Assembly: GCA_963698225.1 (NCBI GenBank)
Contig: CAVOPW010000004.1
Location: 386,959 to 450,958 of the forward strand
Length of the DNA stretch: 64,000 nucleotides
Direction of reading: 5' to 3'
Source: an uncultured bacterium
GTDB taxonomy: Bacteria > Zixibacteria > MSB-5A5 > CAIYYT01
Below, in pieces: positions 1-10,007 of the stretch. Both the position numbers and the translations under genes were made by a program. The notes under the pieces were generated by a model, which saw only the letters and a program-made list of their open reading frames with translations, was not told the DNA's origin and did not search any database. Position 1 is the stretch's first letter, and every line of letters begins with the position of its first letter.

Positions 1-941
1 AATTTGAAAAGCCAATCATAGAGTTGGAGAAAAAAATCCGGGAGATGAAGGAATTCTCCTCCGGCGGCGGCGTCGAGTTGAATTCTGAAATCATTTCCTT
101 GGAGCGAAAGCTTGAAAAGCTCCAATCGGAGATCTTCTCCAAGCTTTCACGCTGGCAGCGCGTGCAACTGGCGCGGCACCCCAAACGCCCCTATACGCTT
201 GATTATATCCAGCTAATATTCTCTGATTTCTTGGAAATACATGGTGATCGCGGTTACGCCGACGACAAGGCCGTCATCTGCGGTTTTGGTAAACTGGAAG
301 GTGAGAAGGTCCTGATTGTTGGCCAGCAGAAGGGCCGCGACACAAAACAGAAACTCGAGCGCAATTTCGGGATGATGCATCCCGAAGGTTACCGCAAAGC
401 CCTGCGTCTGATGCGTACCGCCGCCCGATTCGGTCGCCCCATTGTCATTTTCATCGACACACCCGGAGCATTCCCGGGTGTCGAAGCGGAAGAACGCGGA
501 CAGGCCGAAGCCATCGCTCGCAATATTCTGGAAATGTTCAAGCTGACGGTGCCGATTGTCATTGTCATCATCGGCGAGGGTGCTTCCGGCGGAGCCTTGG
601 GGATCGGGATTGGCGACCAGGTGATGATGCTTGAAAATTCCTGGTATTCCGTTATTTCCCCGGAGGGTTGCGCCGCAATTCTGTGGCGTGACAACGCAAA
701 AGCTCCAGATGCCGCCGAAGCCTTACGCCTGTCGGCAACCGACTTGATGCAGTTGAAAGTGATAGACAAGATTCTTCCGGAACCTACCGGTGGCGCTCAT
801 CGCAATCATCAGCTGGCGGCCCAGATCATTAAAGGCGAGTTACAGGTTTCGCTCGAGGAACTCAAACAGTTATCTACCGAGGAACTGTTAAGGCGGCGCC
901 TGGAGAAATTCCGGGCAATCGGAATCTATGATGAAATCTAA
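1..941 (+). CDS. accA: acetyl-CoA carboxylase carboxyltransferase subunit alpha (5' end cut by window edge)
   Basis: ORF 24..941. The same frame stays open back to nt 3 (FEKPIIELEKKI...), so the true start lies upstream of the window. Motifs RHPKRPYTLDY, FIDTPGAFPG and EERGQAEAIA are typical of AccA. Confidence 0.9.
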   Translation, partial: FEKPIIELEKKIREMKEFSSGGGVELNSEIISLERKLEKLQSEIFSKLSRWQRVQLARHPKRPYTLDYIQLIFSDFLEIHGDRGYADDKAVICGFGKLEGEKVLIVGQQKGRDTKQKLERNFGMMHPEGYRKALRLMRTAARFGRPIVIFIDTPGAFPGVEAEERGQAEAIARNILEMFKLTVPIVIVIIGEGASGGALGIGIGDQVMMLENSWYSVISPEGCAAILWRDNAKAPDAAEALRLSATDLMQLKVIDKILPEPTGGAHRNHQLAAQIIKGELQVSLEELKQLSTEELLRRRLEKFRAIGIYDEI

Positions 942-1125
942 TGCAATTATCAGCCGCGATTTTTCCCCGGAGCTTCTGTCGCTGTGCGCTTGCCCGAAGT
1001 GCAGGGGGAGTTTAATACATAACGGACCGGAAAATACGCTTGATTGCGCTGCTTGTCGCGCGCAGTATCCCATCAAGTCAGGCATTCCTGTCTTGCTGCA
1101 AGATCACAGCGGGGCTCGTGAATAA
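928..1125 (+). CDS. Trm112/UPF0434-family small zinc-ribbon protein
   Basis: 65 aa with CPKCRGSL...CAAC cysteine pairs and YPIKSGIPVLL. Overlaps the accA stop by 14 nt. Confidence 0.7.
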   Translation: MMKSNAIISRDFSPELLSLCACPKCRGSLIHNGPENTLDCAACRAQYPIKSGIPVLLQDHSGARE

Positions 1126-1152
1126 GTACATACCTAAGGAGACTACGATAAG

Positions 1153-1605
1153 ATGAAACTGTCAAAGTTCTGTGAGGAACAATTAATCTCTTTTGATCTG
1201 GCGGCTTCCACCAAAAGCGAGGTCATCGAAGAACTTGTCGAATTGGCGGGCAGTTCGAAGTTGGTCAAAGACAAGAATCTTCTCTTGAAGGACATCATTA
1301 CGCGCGAAAATCTGGTGACGACCGGCGTTGGCTATGGCGTAGCGTTTCCGCATGCCAAGACCAAGGCAACCAAAGGCATCGTAATCGCTTTCGGACGCTC
1401 GGACAAGGGCGTTGATTTCGAGGCAATGGACAAGCAACCGGTCCACCTGTTCTTCTTGATTGCGGCTCCCGAGGACGCAATTGGAGCCCACCTCAAGGTT
1501 ATGGCGCATTTGTCCTTCTTAATGAAGTCGGAAAAGAACCGCGAGAAACTGATGACAGTCAAGAGCCCCGGAGAATTGCTCCAGATTATCGATACGATTG
1601 AATAA
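1153..1605 (+). CDS. ptsN: PTS EIIA-type (EIIA-Ntr-like) regulatory protein
   Basis: 150 aa. Phosphorylatable His context GVAFPHAKT and the FLIAAPE block of the EIIA(Fru/Ntr) family. AAGGAG ribosome-binding site (RBS) upstream. Confidence 0.65.
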   Translation: MKLSKFCEEQLISFDLAASTKSEVIEELVELAGSSKLVKDKNLLLKDIITRENLVTTGVGYGVAFPHAKTKATKGIVIAFGRSDKGVDFEAMDKQPVHLFFLIAAPEDAIGAHLKVMAHLSFLMKSEKNREKLMTVKSPGELLQIIDTIE

Positions 1606-1610
1606 GCTCA

Positions 1611-2411
1611 ATGAAATGGACAACCGGTCGCCTATATCGCAATCGCAAGCTCCTGCTCACGGTATCAGGGCTGCTGATTCCGCTCCTGCTTTCAGCCTTC
1701 CTGATTGGTGAAAAGACTTTCGTTACTTCGATCATTCACGGCTTCTTCTATTCCCCCTTCTGGGCGCTCTCAAACAAGGTGACCTCGCTTCTCAATGTCT
1801 ATGACGCCAACGTCGATCTGCAGGCCGAGATTGTCAGGCTCAAGTTCGAGGAAAAACGCACCGAACTCGACCGGGTCGAGAATTCGCGTTTCCGGGAGAT
1901 GCTCTCAGTCCTTCCTCGCGACGGTTATCGCATCATACCGGCTGACGTTGTCGCGTTCGATCAGGGCCGCAGGCTCTCTACCGCCGTCATCAGGGCCGGC
2001 GAGGATTTACAGCGATTTCGCGCCGTTGTTGATGAACATGGGATCGTGGGAAAAACATCAAGTTCCTCCGGCCGAATTGCCACCGTCTCGCTGGTCGTCG
2101 GCCCCAATTGCCGCGTAGCAGCGCGCGATTCCCGCACGCAGGCGCTGGGCATCGTAAAGTGGTATTCCGGTCGCGGCCTCTATTTCGACGACGTATCTCT
2201 CGATGCCGATGTTGAGCAAGGAGACACTATTGTGTCGTCCGGCCTGGGCGGCGTCTTTCCCGAAGGGATCAACATCGGGGTAGTCGACACAATTGAGGTT
2301 TCGACTTCGGCGTTCTTCAAGCAGATTCGCGTAAATCCGTTCGTGGACTTTGGCGCTCTCGACGTGGTAATGATTATGGAACCGCTGGAGGCAACCACCG
2401 GTGGTTTTTAG
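1611..2411 (+). CDS. mreC: rod shape-determining protein MreC
   Basis: 266 aa with an N-terminal transmembrane (TM) segment, a coiled stretch, and the beta-domain motif VVSSGLGGVFPEGINIG. Sits upstream of mreD, mrdA and rodA. Confidence 0.85.
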   Translation: MKWTTGRLYRNRKLLLTVSGLLIPLLLSAFLIGEKTFVTSIIHGFFYSPFWALSNKVTSLLNVYDANVDLQAEIVRLKFEEKRTELDRVENSRFREMLSVLPRDGYRIIPADVVAFDQGRRLSTAVIRAGEDLQRFRAVVDEHGIVGKTSSSSGRIATVSLVVGPNCRVAARDSRTQALGIVKWYSGRGLYFDDVSLDADVEQGDTIVSSGLGGVFPEGINIGVVDTIEVSTSAFFKQIRVNPFVDFGALDVVMIMEPLEATTGGF

Positions 2412-2904
2412 AGTACTGCTATTTCTTCTTCTCGGTTTCTTGACCGCCTTCTGCCATACCATCATGGCCAATATCATGTCAATTCTCGGAATCGCTCCGG
2501 ATTTCGTGATGATTATCATCCTGCTGATCGTGCTGCGGAAGGACTTTCAGGTTGCCTTTCCGGCAGTTCTCATGGTATCACTTATTGTCGATGCCCTAAA
2601 CCCCGAGACTTTCGGGTTCGGAGCTTTCATTCGCTTCGGCTTGGCGTTAATCGTCTATGAGCTAAAACAGCAAATGAATCTTGAGATGTTGAGCAGCCGA
2701 TTTTACGTGCTGGTCGGCGCCGAAGTCGTTTTTCAGCTCTTGTATCAGTTAGTGGCGCATTCGTTCGATATATCTACTGTGATGCGGATTTATCTGGAAA
2801 GTTCATTGCCTACGCTGGTTTATACCTCCGCGGTAGGATTTCTGATCTTCTTCCTTCTCGATCTGGAATTCAAGATCGATATCAAGAGGAAACAAGTTGA
2901 TTGA
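2401..2904 (+). CDS. mreD: rod shape-determining protein MreD
   Basis: 167-aa polytopic membrane protein with a GTG start overlapping mreC by 11 nt. The position between mreC and mrdA is conserved. Confidence 0.7.
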   Translation: MVFRVLLFLLLGFLTAFCHTIMANIMSILGIAPDFVMIIILLIVLRKDFQVAFPAVLMVSLIVDALNPETFGFGAFIRFGLALIVYELKQQMNLEMLSSRFYVLVGAEVVFQLLYQLVAHSFDISTVMRIYLESSLPTLVYTSAVGFLIFFLLDLEFKIDIKRKQVD

Positions 2905-4705
2905 TCTTACCACAAAGTCAATTCGCGGTAAGATCGTCGCCGGAATCATGGCTGCCATCTTTCTGCTTCTGATTGGCAAGCTTGTTCAACTGCAGGTGGT
3001 CTCCTACGACTACTATTTCCAGATGTCGGAAGAGAATCGCATTCGACTTGTTCCCAGAACCGCGATGCGCGGGAAGATTGTCGACCGCGAAGGCCGGACT
3101 CTGGCCACCGACCGCCCGGCCTATACCGTGTCAGTGATTCCTTCGGAAATCCGGCAGTTGTCGCGCCTTTCCGAAGAGCTGGCGCCGTTGCTTAGCCTCG
3201 AGCGCAAAACAATCGAGCAAAAAGTCAAAGAGCGCCGTTCGCGCAAATATGAACCTGTGCCGATTCGAAGGGATATCGAGTTTGCCTCGGTCTGCATTAT
3301 CGAAGAGTCCAATGAGCTTTTCCCCGGAGTGATGTACCAGCTCGATCACGCGCGCACCTATCCCAACGGGAATATCGCCGCACACATCATCGGTTATACC
3401 GGCGAAGTCGATGAACGCGAGAGCAAAACCCAATATCGCATCGGATCGATGATCGGCCGCGCCGGTATCGAAAAACAATATGATCAGCCGATTCGCGGTA
3501 TCGATGGCGTCGACTACCAGGAAGTGTCCGCCACCGGCAGGATCCTTGGTTCCCTGGAGTCCAAACCGAATAAAGACCCCATTCCGGGGTCCGAACTTGG
3601 ACTGAGTCTCGATCTCGACTTGCAGGTCCTCTGCGATTCGCTCTTTGGCGATTCGCTCTCCGGTGCCGCGATCTTCATCAATCCCCAAAATGGCGAGATC
3701 CTCGCCATGGTTTCCAAGCCTAACTATGATGCCAATCTCTTCTCCGGATTCGTTCCCCGCGGAGCCTATCAGCAGCTTTCAACCGATGAACGCCGCCCGC
3801 TGCTTGACCGAGTGATTCGCGGAACTTATCCACCGGGCTCAACCTCCAAACTCTTGACGGCCGGCGCCGCTCTCGAGTTGGGTGTTATTGAACCCAATAC
3901 TCCTTTCAAACCTTGTTACGGCGGCTACCAGTTCGGCAACCGATATTTCAAGTGTCACAAGAAGTCCGGTCACGGCAGCCAGAATGTTTACGGTGCTCTT
4001 GAAGTGTCCTGCGACACCTATTTCTATCAGGTTGGATTGAAACTGGGACTCAAGAATTTTAGTGACTTTGCCAAGAAATGCGGATTTGATGTTCTGACTG
4101 GAATCGATATCCCCGCGGAGCGAGCCGGATTCGTCCCCACCGAAGAATGGTACAACAAAGCCTACGGCAAGAACGGCTGGACGAAAGCGGTACTGCTCAA
4201 CCTCGGTATCGGACAAGGGGAGCTGCTCGTCACTCCGCTCGGGCTCGCGCAGTTTTATTGCGGCATTGTCAATAACGGCAGCGTGATGAAACCCCATCTG
4301 ATGCGCTACATCAAATCCGCCAACGGGGAGTCGACACAGGCGGCCCCGGAGGTGACAAGGCAGCTTCCATTTTCTGCGTCTACACTGGCAATTCTGAAAG
4401 AAGGCTGCCGGCGTGTTGTGCAGGGCGGATCGGGCACAGCCGCCAGATCAAGAATCGAAGGAATCGAAATGGGCGGCAAGACGGGCACTGCTCAAAATCC
4501 GCACGGCAACGAACATGCCCTGTTCTGCGGATTTGCCCCGTTTGACAAACCGACAATCGTCGGTTGCGTGATTGTGGAAAACGCCGGACACGGCAGTGTA
4601 GCCGCCGCGCCCATCGTTCAACAGGTTTTCATTCGCTACTTCCAGAAGACCGGCTTGCTGGCGCCGCCGCCGCCGCCACCGCTGGAGGATATCGTGCAAC
4701 TATGA
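2897..4705 (+). CDS. mrdA: penicillin-binding protein 2 (elongasome transpeptidase)
   Basis: 602 aa with a TTG start overlapping the mreD stop. N-terminal TM segment, SxxK (STSK), SCD and KTGTA motifs. Ends in a Pro-rich tail. Confidence 0.9.
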   Translation: MIDLTTKSIRGKIVAGIMAAIFLLLIGKLVQLQVVSYDYYFQMSEENRIRLVPRTAMRGKIVDREGRTLATDRPAYTVSVIPSEIRQLSRLSEELAPLLSLERKTIEQKVKERRSRKYEPVPIRRDIEFASVCIIEESNELFPGVMYQLDHARTYPNGNIAAHIIGYTGEVDERESKTQYRIGSMIGRAGIEKQYDQPIRGIDGVDYQEVSATGRILGSLESKPNKDPIPGSELGLSLDLDLQVLCDSLFGDSLSGAAIFINPQNGEILAMVSKPNYDANLFSGFVPRGAYQQLSTDERRPLLDRVIRGTYPPGSTSKLLTAGAALELGVIEPNTPFKPCYGGYQFGNRYFKCHKKSGHGSQNVYGALEVSCDTYFYQVGLKLGLKNFSDFAKKCGFDVLTGIDIPAERAGFVPTEEWYNKAYGKNGWTKAVLLNLGIGQGELLVTPLGLAQFYCGIVNNGSVMKPHLMRYIKSANGESTQAAPEVTRQLPFSASTLAILKEGCRRVVQGGSGTAARSRIEGIEMGGKTGTAQNPHGNEHALFCGFAPFDKPTIVGCVIVENAGHGSVAAAPIVQQVFIRYFQKTGLLAPPPPPPLEDIVQL

Positions 4706-5938
4706 AGATCCTCACGAAAGACACTTTCAACTCCGGCAGCCTGACGATTTTCATCGCTGCCGCCTTGTTGACTATCATCTCGATCTTCTCTGGTGTACTC
4801 CGCCAATCATGATTCTCCCGATCCGCGACTGCGCGATGATTGGGCCAAGCAGATCGTTTGGTTTGTGATCGGCATGGGTATCTTCATTGCCATGTTGCGA
4901 ATTCCCATGCGCATTCACGAAATTTTCGCCTATGTCTACTATGCCGTCGGGTGTGCACTATTGCTGGGTCTCATTGCCTTCGGCGCATCCAAGTTTGGCG
5001 CTCAACGCTGGTACAGCCTGGGGTTCTTTTCCCTGCAGCCCTCGGAACTTGCCAAGGTGGCTCTCCTGTTCGCTCTTGCCCGCTACTTGAGCTACAGCCG
5101 CCGCCCCATTTCGAGCCTGCGCAAGATATTCACGGCCGCGGCCATGTGCGGATTCGTGACCTTCTTAGTTCTGCGTCAACCTGACCTTGGTTCCTCCATT
5201 ATCTTCACTGTGATCTTTTCGGCGATGATGTTCTGGGCGGGTCTTCCGGCTCGCTACTTACTGCTGTTCTATACACCCTTCATCAGCATGATAGCGTCGT
5301 CGAGCATGTATGCCTGGATCATCTTCTTTGTCCTCTTGATCGTGGCCGCGTTATTGATTGTCCGCAAGTCTCCGACTTTTACGATTCTGCTGGTAAGTCT
5401 GAATCTTTTTGTCGGTGCACTGAGTTCCATTGCCTGGAACCATCTGCACGACTACCAACAGATGCGTATCAAGATCTTCCTTGATCCCGGTCAGGACCCG
5501 CTCGGCGCCGGTTACCAGATTATTCAGTCTAAGGTCGCGATTGGATCGGGCGGATTGCTGGGCAAAGGGTATATGTCGGGAAGCCAAAACAAACTCGATT
5601 TCCTGCCATTGCGCCACACCGACTTCATCTTTTCCGTCGGTGCGGAAGAATTCGGCATGGTGGGCGCAATGATCGTCATCATATTGTTCGGTTTTCTATT
5701 TTTCCGCGGGCTACAAACCGCCTTGAAAGCCCGCAGCGAATTTATGGGCCTGGTAACGATCGGCGCCACTGCTGCATTGGCATTTCAGATGTTCGTCAAC
5801 ATCGGCATGGTGGTCGGACTCTTGCCGGTTGCCGGTGTGCCATTGCCATTTGTCAGCTATGGGGGTTCATCACTGCTTACCAGTTGGATTCTGCTTGGGA
5901 TCATCGCGAACGCCGAGCGCAATTGGCAAGAGTACTAG
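4702..5938 (+). CDS. rodA: SEDS-family peptidoglycan polymerase RodA, reading frame interrupted near 4786-4795
   Basis: ATG at 4702 overlaps the mrdA stop as ATGA and encodes TM1 (SLTIFIAAALLTIISIF), but that frame stops at 4810-4812. The rest of RodA (VYSANHDS... to the end) is ORF 4793..5938 in the +1 frame. The join matches the E. coli RodA pattern TM1 followed by WSASG. Confidence 0.85.
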
Positions 5939-5959
5939 ATTGAGAAACGAGGAATCATA

Positions 5960-6919
5960 ATGTCGCGTAATTTCGCTATGACCGGCGTGGCCGGATACAT
6001 CGCACCACGCCATCTCAAAGCCATCAAAGAAACCGGAAACACGCTCGTTGCGGCGGTCGACCCCAACGACTCCGTCGGCATTCTCGACTCATACTTTGAT
6101 GAAGCCAAATTCTTCACGGAGTTCGAGCGCTTCGACCGACATATCGAAAAACTGCGGCGCCAGGGAGATGACAAGCGCGTTCACTTTATCACGATTTGTT
6201 CGCCCAACTATCTTCACGACGCCCACGTTCGTTTTGCCCTGCGCGTTGGAGCCGACGCTATCTGCGAAAAACCGCTGGTGCTCAACCCTTGGAACATCGA
6301 CGCCTTGCAGGAACTGGAACAGGAAAGCGGCCGGCGGGTATTCACTATTCTGCAGTTGCGTGTCCATCCCGCGCTCGTTGAACTCAAGTCGAAAATCATG
6401 CAGGTAACATCCAGCCGGAAACGCGAAATCGAACTGACCTACGTCACTTCGCGCGGCGGCTGGTATCTGGTTTCATGGAAGGGACAGACCGATCGTTCCG
6501 GCGGACTGGTCACGAATATCGGTATTCATTTTTTCGACCTGCTGATCTGGCTTTTCGGCGATGTGCAGAAAAGCGAAGTCCACCTTAGCACTCCCACCAA
6601 AGCGTGCGGATTCATCGAACTCCAGAACGCGGTCGTGCGATGGTTTCTCTCAATTGACAAGAGCGATCTGCCGGCCGATGTCGTCGCGAAGAAGCAAACG
6701 ACTTTTCGTTCGATCACAATCGACGGCAGCGAGATTGAGTTCTCGGGCGGATTTACGGACTTGCACACGGTGGTCTATCGCGAAATTCTCGCCGGCGGCG
6801 GATTCGGACTGGCAGCAGCGCGTCCGTCGGTCACACTGGCGCATGACATTCGCAACGCCAGGCCGATTGGGCCGAACGATCGCGTCCATCCATTCGCATA
6901 CAAAGAATTCGGAAGGTAG
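5960..6919 (+). CDS. Gfo/Idh/MocA oxidoreductase, WbpB-like (UDP-sugar 3-dehydrogenase family)
   Basis: 319 aa. The N-terminus FAMTGVAGYIAPRHLKAIKETG...SPNYLH...ICEKPL...ILQLR closely follows the P. aeruginosa WbpB pattern as I recall it. Confidence 0.75.
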   Translation: MSRNFAMTGVAGYIAPRHLKAIKETGNTLVAAVDPNDSVGILDSYFDEAKFFTEFERFDRHIEKLRRQGDDKRVHFITICSPNYLHDAHVRFALRVGADAICEKPLVLNPWNIDALQELEQESGRRVFTILQLRVHPALVELKSKIMQVTSSRKREIELTYVTSRGGWYLVSWKGQTDRSGGLVTNIGIHFFDLLIWLFGDVQKSEVHLSTPTKACGFIELQNAVVRWFLSIDKSDLPADVVAKKQTTFRSITIDGSEIEFSGGFTDLHTVVYREILAGGGFGLAAARPSVTLAHDIRNARPIGPNDRVHPFAYKEFGR

Positions 6920-6929
6920 CGGGCGGTTA

Positions 6930-7343
6930 TCAGGAAATAATGATTTCGGTCGTGATGACGCATTTGTCGCTCAGCGTCGCGCGTACCGAGCAGTATTTCT
7001 CCTGCGACAGTGTAATAGCCTGCTCTACTTTGCTGCGTTCCAGATCAACCCCGGAGAGTACATATGTGATCTTGATGGCTCTGAAGTACTTGGGGTTTTC
7101 CTCCGCCTGTTCGCCAACAACATCAATGCGCAACGACTTCAGCTCTTGCCGCATCTTGTCGAGAATGGCAACAACATCAATTCCGCTACAGGCACCTACC
7201 GCCGCCAACAGATGATCCGTTGGCGATGCATACAGCCCCGCGCCGCCGCCTTTCTTCTTTACGTCCATCCTGAACTTGACGTCTTCACTGTTCGTAGCTT
7301 CAAATTGCTTTGCGCCGATCCACTCGAGAGTTACAGGAAGCAT
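6930..7343 (-). CDS. OsmC/Ohr-family peroxiredoxin-like protein
   Basis: 137 aa with the two conserved Cys contexts (GACSGIDV and EKYCSV) of the OsmC family. Confidence 0.8.
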   Translation of the reverse strand: MLPVTLEWIGAKQFEATNSEDVKFRMDVKKKGGGAGLYASPTDHLLAAVGACSGIDVVAILDKMRQELKSLRIDVVGEQAEENPKYFRAIKITYVLSGVDLERSKVEQAITLSQEKYCSVRATLSDKCVITTEIIIS

Positions 7344-7406
7344 ATTAATTCATCCGGAAAGAGGTTGTGTTTTGTGCGCCGCTTCCGCCGAAGCGGCGCC
7401 GCATGT

Positions 7407-7799
7407 TTATGCCAGATGTGCTATGACTTCGATTTCGACCGCAACATCAAGCGGCAGCTTGGCGACCTGGACCGTCGAGCGTGCCGGGAAGTTACCGTCA
7501 AAGTATGAGGCGTACACTTCATTCATCGCCTTGAAGTCGTCCATATTCTTTAGAAATACTGTTGTCTTGATCACATTCTTAAGGCTGGAACCGGCGGCGG
7601 TGAGAATTGCATTGAGATTCTTGAACACCTGATGCGTCTGAGCTACAACATCACCTTCAACCAATTTACCGGTTGCCGGGTCAATTGCCACCTGTCCGGA
7701 TGAAAACACCAGGTTCTTGCATTCCGTCAGAACGACACCTTGTGAATAAGGACCCAGTGCCTTGGGAGCATTATCAGTTGCGACTATTTTCTTGGACAT
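7407..7799 (-). CDS. ridA: RidA-family reactive enamine/imine deaminase
   Basis: The homologous part starts at the internal Met MSKKIVATDNAPKALGPYSQGV (ATG at 7799) and ends with PARSTVQVAKLP...VEIEVIA. The upstream 38 codons of ORF 7407..7913 overlap the SDR gene and show no homology. Confidence 0.85.
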   Translation of the reverse strand: MSKKIVATDNAPKALGPYSQGVVLTECKNLVFSSGQVAIDPATGKLVEGDVVAQTHQVFKNLNAILTAAGSSLKNVIKTTVFLKNMDDFKAMNEVYASYFDGNFPARSTVQVAKLPLDVAVEIEVIAHLA

Positions 7800-7816
7800 G
7801 GATACTCCGTAGATTT

Positions 7817-8570
7817 TTACTGTTTTCTGTGGACCACCATCGCTCCGGCTTGACTCTTCGGAAGGATGATGACTTGGGCTATTTGAATATGTTCCGGGCG
7901 CGTCGCAATCCATTCAATGGTCTCGGCAACATCGTCTCCGGTTAGAGGCTGCAATCCCTGATAAACTTTCTCTGCCCGTTCACTGTCGCCATAGAACCGC
8001 ACCATCGAGAATTCGGTCTCCACCAATCCCGGATCGACAGTTGACACGCGAATCGGCGTGTCAACCAGATCCATCATCATTCCCCGGGTGATGGCGTCAA
8101 CCGCAAACTTGCTCGCGCAATAGACATTGCCGTTCGGGTAGACTTCATGACCGGCTATTGAGCCTACATTAATCACGTGACCGCGACCGCGCGCCACCAT
8201 ACCCGGGACGACTGCACGGCTGACATAGAGCAGGCCCTTGACATTGGTGTCGATCATTTCATCCCAGGCGACAGGATCGCCTTCGTGAAGTTTCAGCAGG
8301 TGCCGGCTCAGTCCGGCGTTGTTCACAAGTAAGTCGATATTTCGCCAGCGTTCCGGCAGAGCGGCAATTGCCGCTTCAACCGCCGCCCGATCGCGCACAT
8401 CCAGCTGGAGCAGATGCGTTTCCACTTTGAGACTCTGCCGTCACTTTTTGCAGCCGTTCGAAACGGCGCGCCGCGAGAATCAAGTCCCAGCCGCTCGCGG
8501 CTAATTTGCGTGCAGTTGCTTCCCCAATGCCGGAGGAGGCACCCGTTATTAGTGCAATTCTACCCATCAA
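7817..8570 (-). CDS. YdfG-like NADP-dependent 3-hydroxy-acid / L-serine / L-allo-threonine dehydrogenase (SDR), single frame disruption near 8427-8440
   Basis: The N-terminal Rossmann part ([16 protein letters not shown]...[13 protein letters not shown]) is ORF 8376..8570. The rest ([15 protein letters not shown]...NNAG...YCASK...RVSTVDPG) is ORF 7817..8425 in another frame. The joined product aligns end to end with the E. coli YdfG pattern. Confidence 0.85.
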
Positions 8571-8579
8571 ATCTCTCCG

Positions 8580-9845
8580 TTACGAAATCACTCCGTGCTT
8601 TTTGCCGACCTTGGTGAAAGCCGCTAATGCCCGATCAATCTGCTCTTGCGTGTGTGCGGCGGACAATTGGACCCGAATGCGGGCAGAACCCTTGGGGACG
8701 ACGGGATAAAAGAAACCAACGACGTAGATGCCTTCATCATATAGGTCGCGAGCCATATTTTGTGAAATCTCGGCATCATTTTCAAACTTGCGGAACAGGA
8801 TTGGCACGATGGGATGAAGGCCCGGCACTATGTCGAAGCCGCGGGCTGTCATTTCGTTGCGGAAGTACTGCGTATTGGCCATCAGCCGTTCGCGTAAGTC
8901 ATCGCTGTTCGACAACAGGTCAAAGGCGGCGATACTTCCGGCGACCAGGGCCGGAGCCAGCGTATTGGAGAAGAGATAGGGCCGGGATTTCTGCCGCAAC
9001 AACTCGATGATCTCGCGCTTGCCGGTCGTAAATCCGCCGGAAGCGCCACCCATTGCCTTGCCGAGCGTCGAAGTAATGATCTCAACGTCGCCCAACACTC
9101 CATTGATTTCTAAAGATCCACGACCCGTCTTTCCCAGGAATCCGGTGGCATGACATTCATCAACCATGACCATCGCATCATACTTCTTCGCCAGTGCCAC
9201 GATTTCCTTCACCTTGGCGATATCGCCGTCCATCGAGAAAACGCCATCGGTGGCAATCAGGATATTGCGGGAGGGTTGCGGCCGGTCCGACAGTCCGGGA
9301 TGATCCCAGATGTCCATGCCTTCCCGGGCGCGGATGAGGTTGCGTTCCAACGAGGCCATATCGGAGTGCTCGTAAATATACCGCTTGGCTTTGCACAGCC
9401 GAATGCCATCGATAATGCTCGCGTGATTCAGGCTGTCGGTGATGATGCAGTCTTCAGCGCCAAGAAGGCTTTCAAACAGCCCGCCATTGGCGTCGAAGCA
9501 GGAGGAGTAGAGGATAGCCTCATCTGTCTGATAGAACTCGGTGATTCTCTTTTCCAGCTGGATATGGAGATCTTGCGTGCCGCAAATGAAACGAACTGAC
9601 GAGAGGCCGAATCCGTAATCATCCAGAGCTTTGTGGGCAGCCGCCAGAATCTGCGGATGATTAGCCAAGCCGAGATAGTTGTTCGCACAGAAGTTGAGAA
9701 CTTCGTCAACTTTTTGCTCCCGGGGCAATGAAACGCTAATGTGGGCGTCTTGCGCCGAGCGGATGATCCGCTCTTCCTTGAAAATCCCGGAGTTGCGGAT
9801 ATTGGACAGTTCTGAACTGAAGTCATATTTGGCACGCTGATACAT
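8580..9845 (-). CDS. kbl: glycine C-acetyltransferase (2-amino-3-ketobutyrate CoA ligase)
   Basis: Near-collinear with E. coli Kbl (GIFKEERII, SSCFDANGGLFESLLGAED, ATDGVFSMDGD, TLGKAMGGASGG with the PLP lysine). Start taken at ATG 9845, preceded by AAGGAG. Has a roughly 14-aa insertion (MDIWDHPGLSDRPQ) relative to E. coli. Confidence 0.88.
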   Translation of the reverse strand: MYQRAKYDFSSELSNIRNSGIFKEERIIRSAQDAHISVSLPREQKVDEVLNFCANNYLGLANHPQILAAAHKALDDYGFGLSSVRFICGTQDLHIQLEKRITEFYQTDEAILYSSCFDANGGLFESLLGAEDCIITDSLNHASIIDGIRLCKAKRYIYEHSDMASLERNLIRAREGMDIWDHPGLSDRPQPSRNILIATDGVFSMDGDIAKVKEIVALAKKYDAMVMVDECHATGFLGKTGRGSLEINGVLGDVEIITSTLGKAMGGASGGFTTGKREIIELLRQKSRPYLFSNTLAPALVAGSIAAFDLLSNSDDLRERLMANTQYFRNEMTARGFDIVPGLHPIVPILFRKFENDAEISQNMARDLYDEGIYVVGFFYPVVPKGSARIRVQLSAAHTQEQIDRALAAFTKVGKKHGVIS

Positions 9846-9866
9846 ACAGTCTCCTTGTTGGGCCAT

Positions 9867-9895
9867 ATTCTACAGCATTGCCCAACGTATGTAAA
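9867..9895 (-). promoter_or_regulatory. sigma-70-type promoter candidate for kbl
   Basis: On the minus strand: TTTACA, 17 nt, TAGAAT, ending about 20 nt upstream of the kbl RBS. Confidence 0.5.
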
Positions 9896-9940
9896 CAGCT
9901 TTTGTGGATCTGCCGGATTGGTAAGAACACCTGATTTTTC

Positions 9941-9990
9941 GCAGCAAAACGACCGGTACCGGAGTACTTTAGGATCCCCGGTACCGGTAC
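9941..9990 (-). terminator. intrinsic terminator after the kbl-like paralog
   Basis: Two copies of the palindrome CCGGTACCGG (9952-9962 and 9978-9988) form an 11-bp stem, followed on the minus strand by CGTTTTGC. Lies 20 nt downstream of the stop at 10008. Confidence 0.6.
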
Positions 9991-10007
9991 GGAAGAGTTA
10001 GTGGCGA

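Noticed and set aside
7376-7399. GC-rich hairpin GCGCCGCTTC-CGCC-GAAGCGGCGC between ridA and osmC as a terminator.
   Set aside because: In the transcribed (minus) orientation it is followed by an A-rich tract, not a U-rich one. It may be an intra-operon stem-loop, but I cannot call it a terminator.
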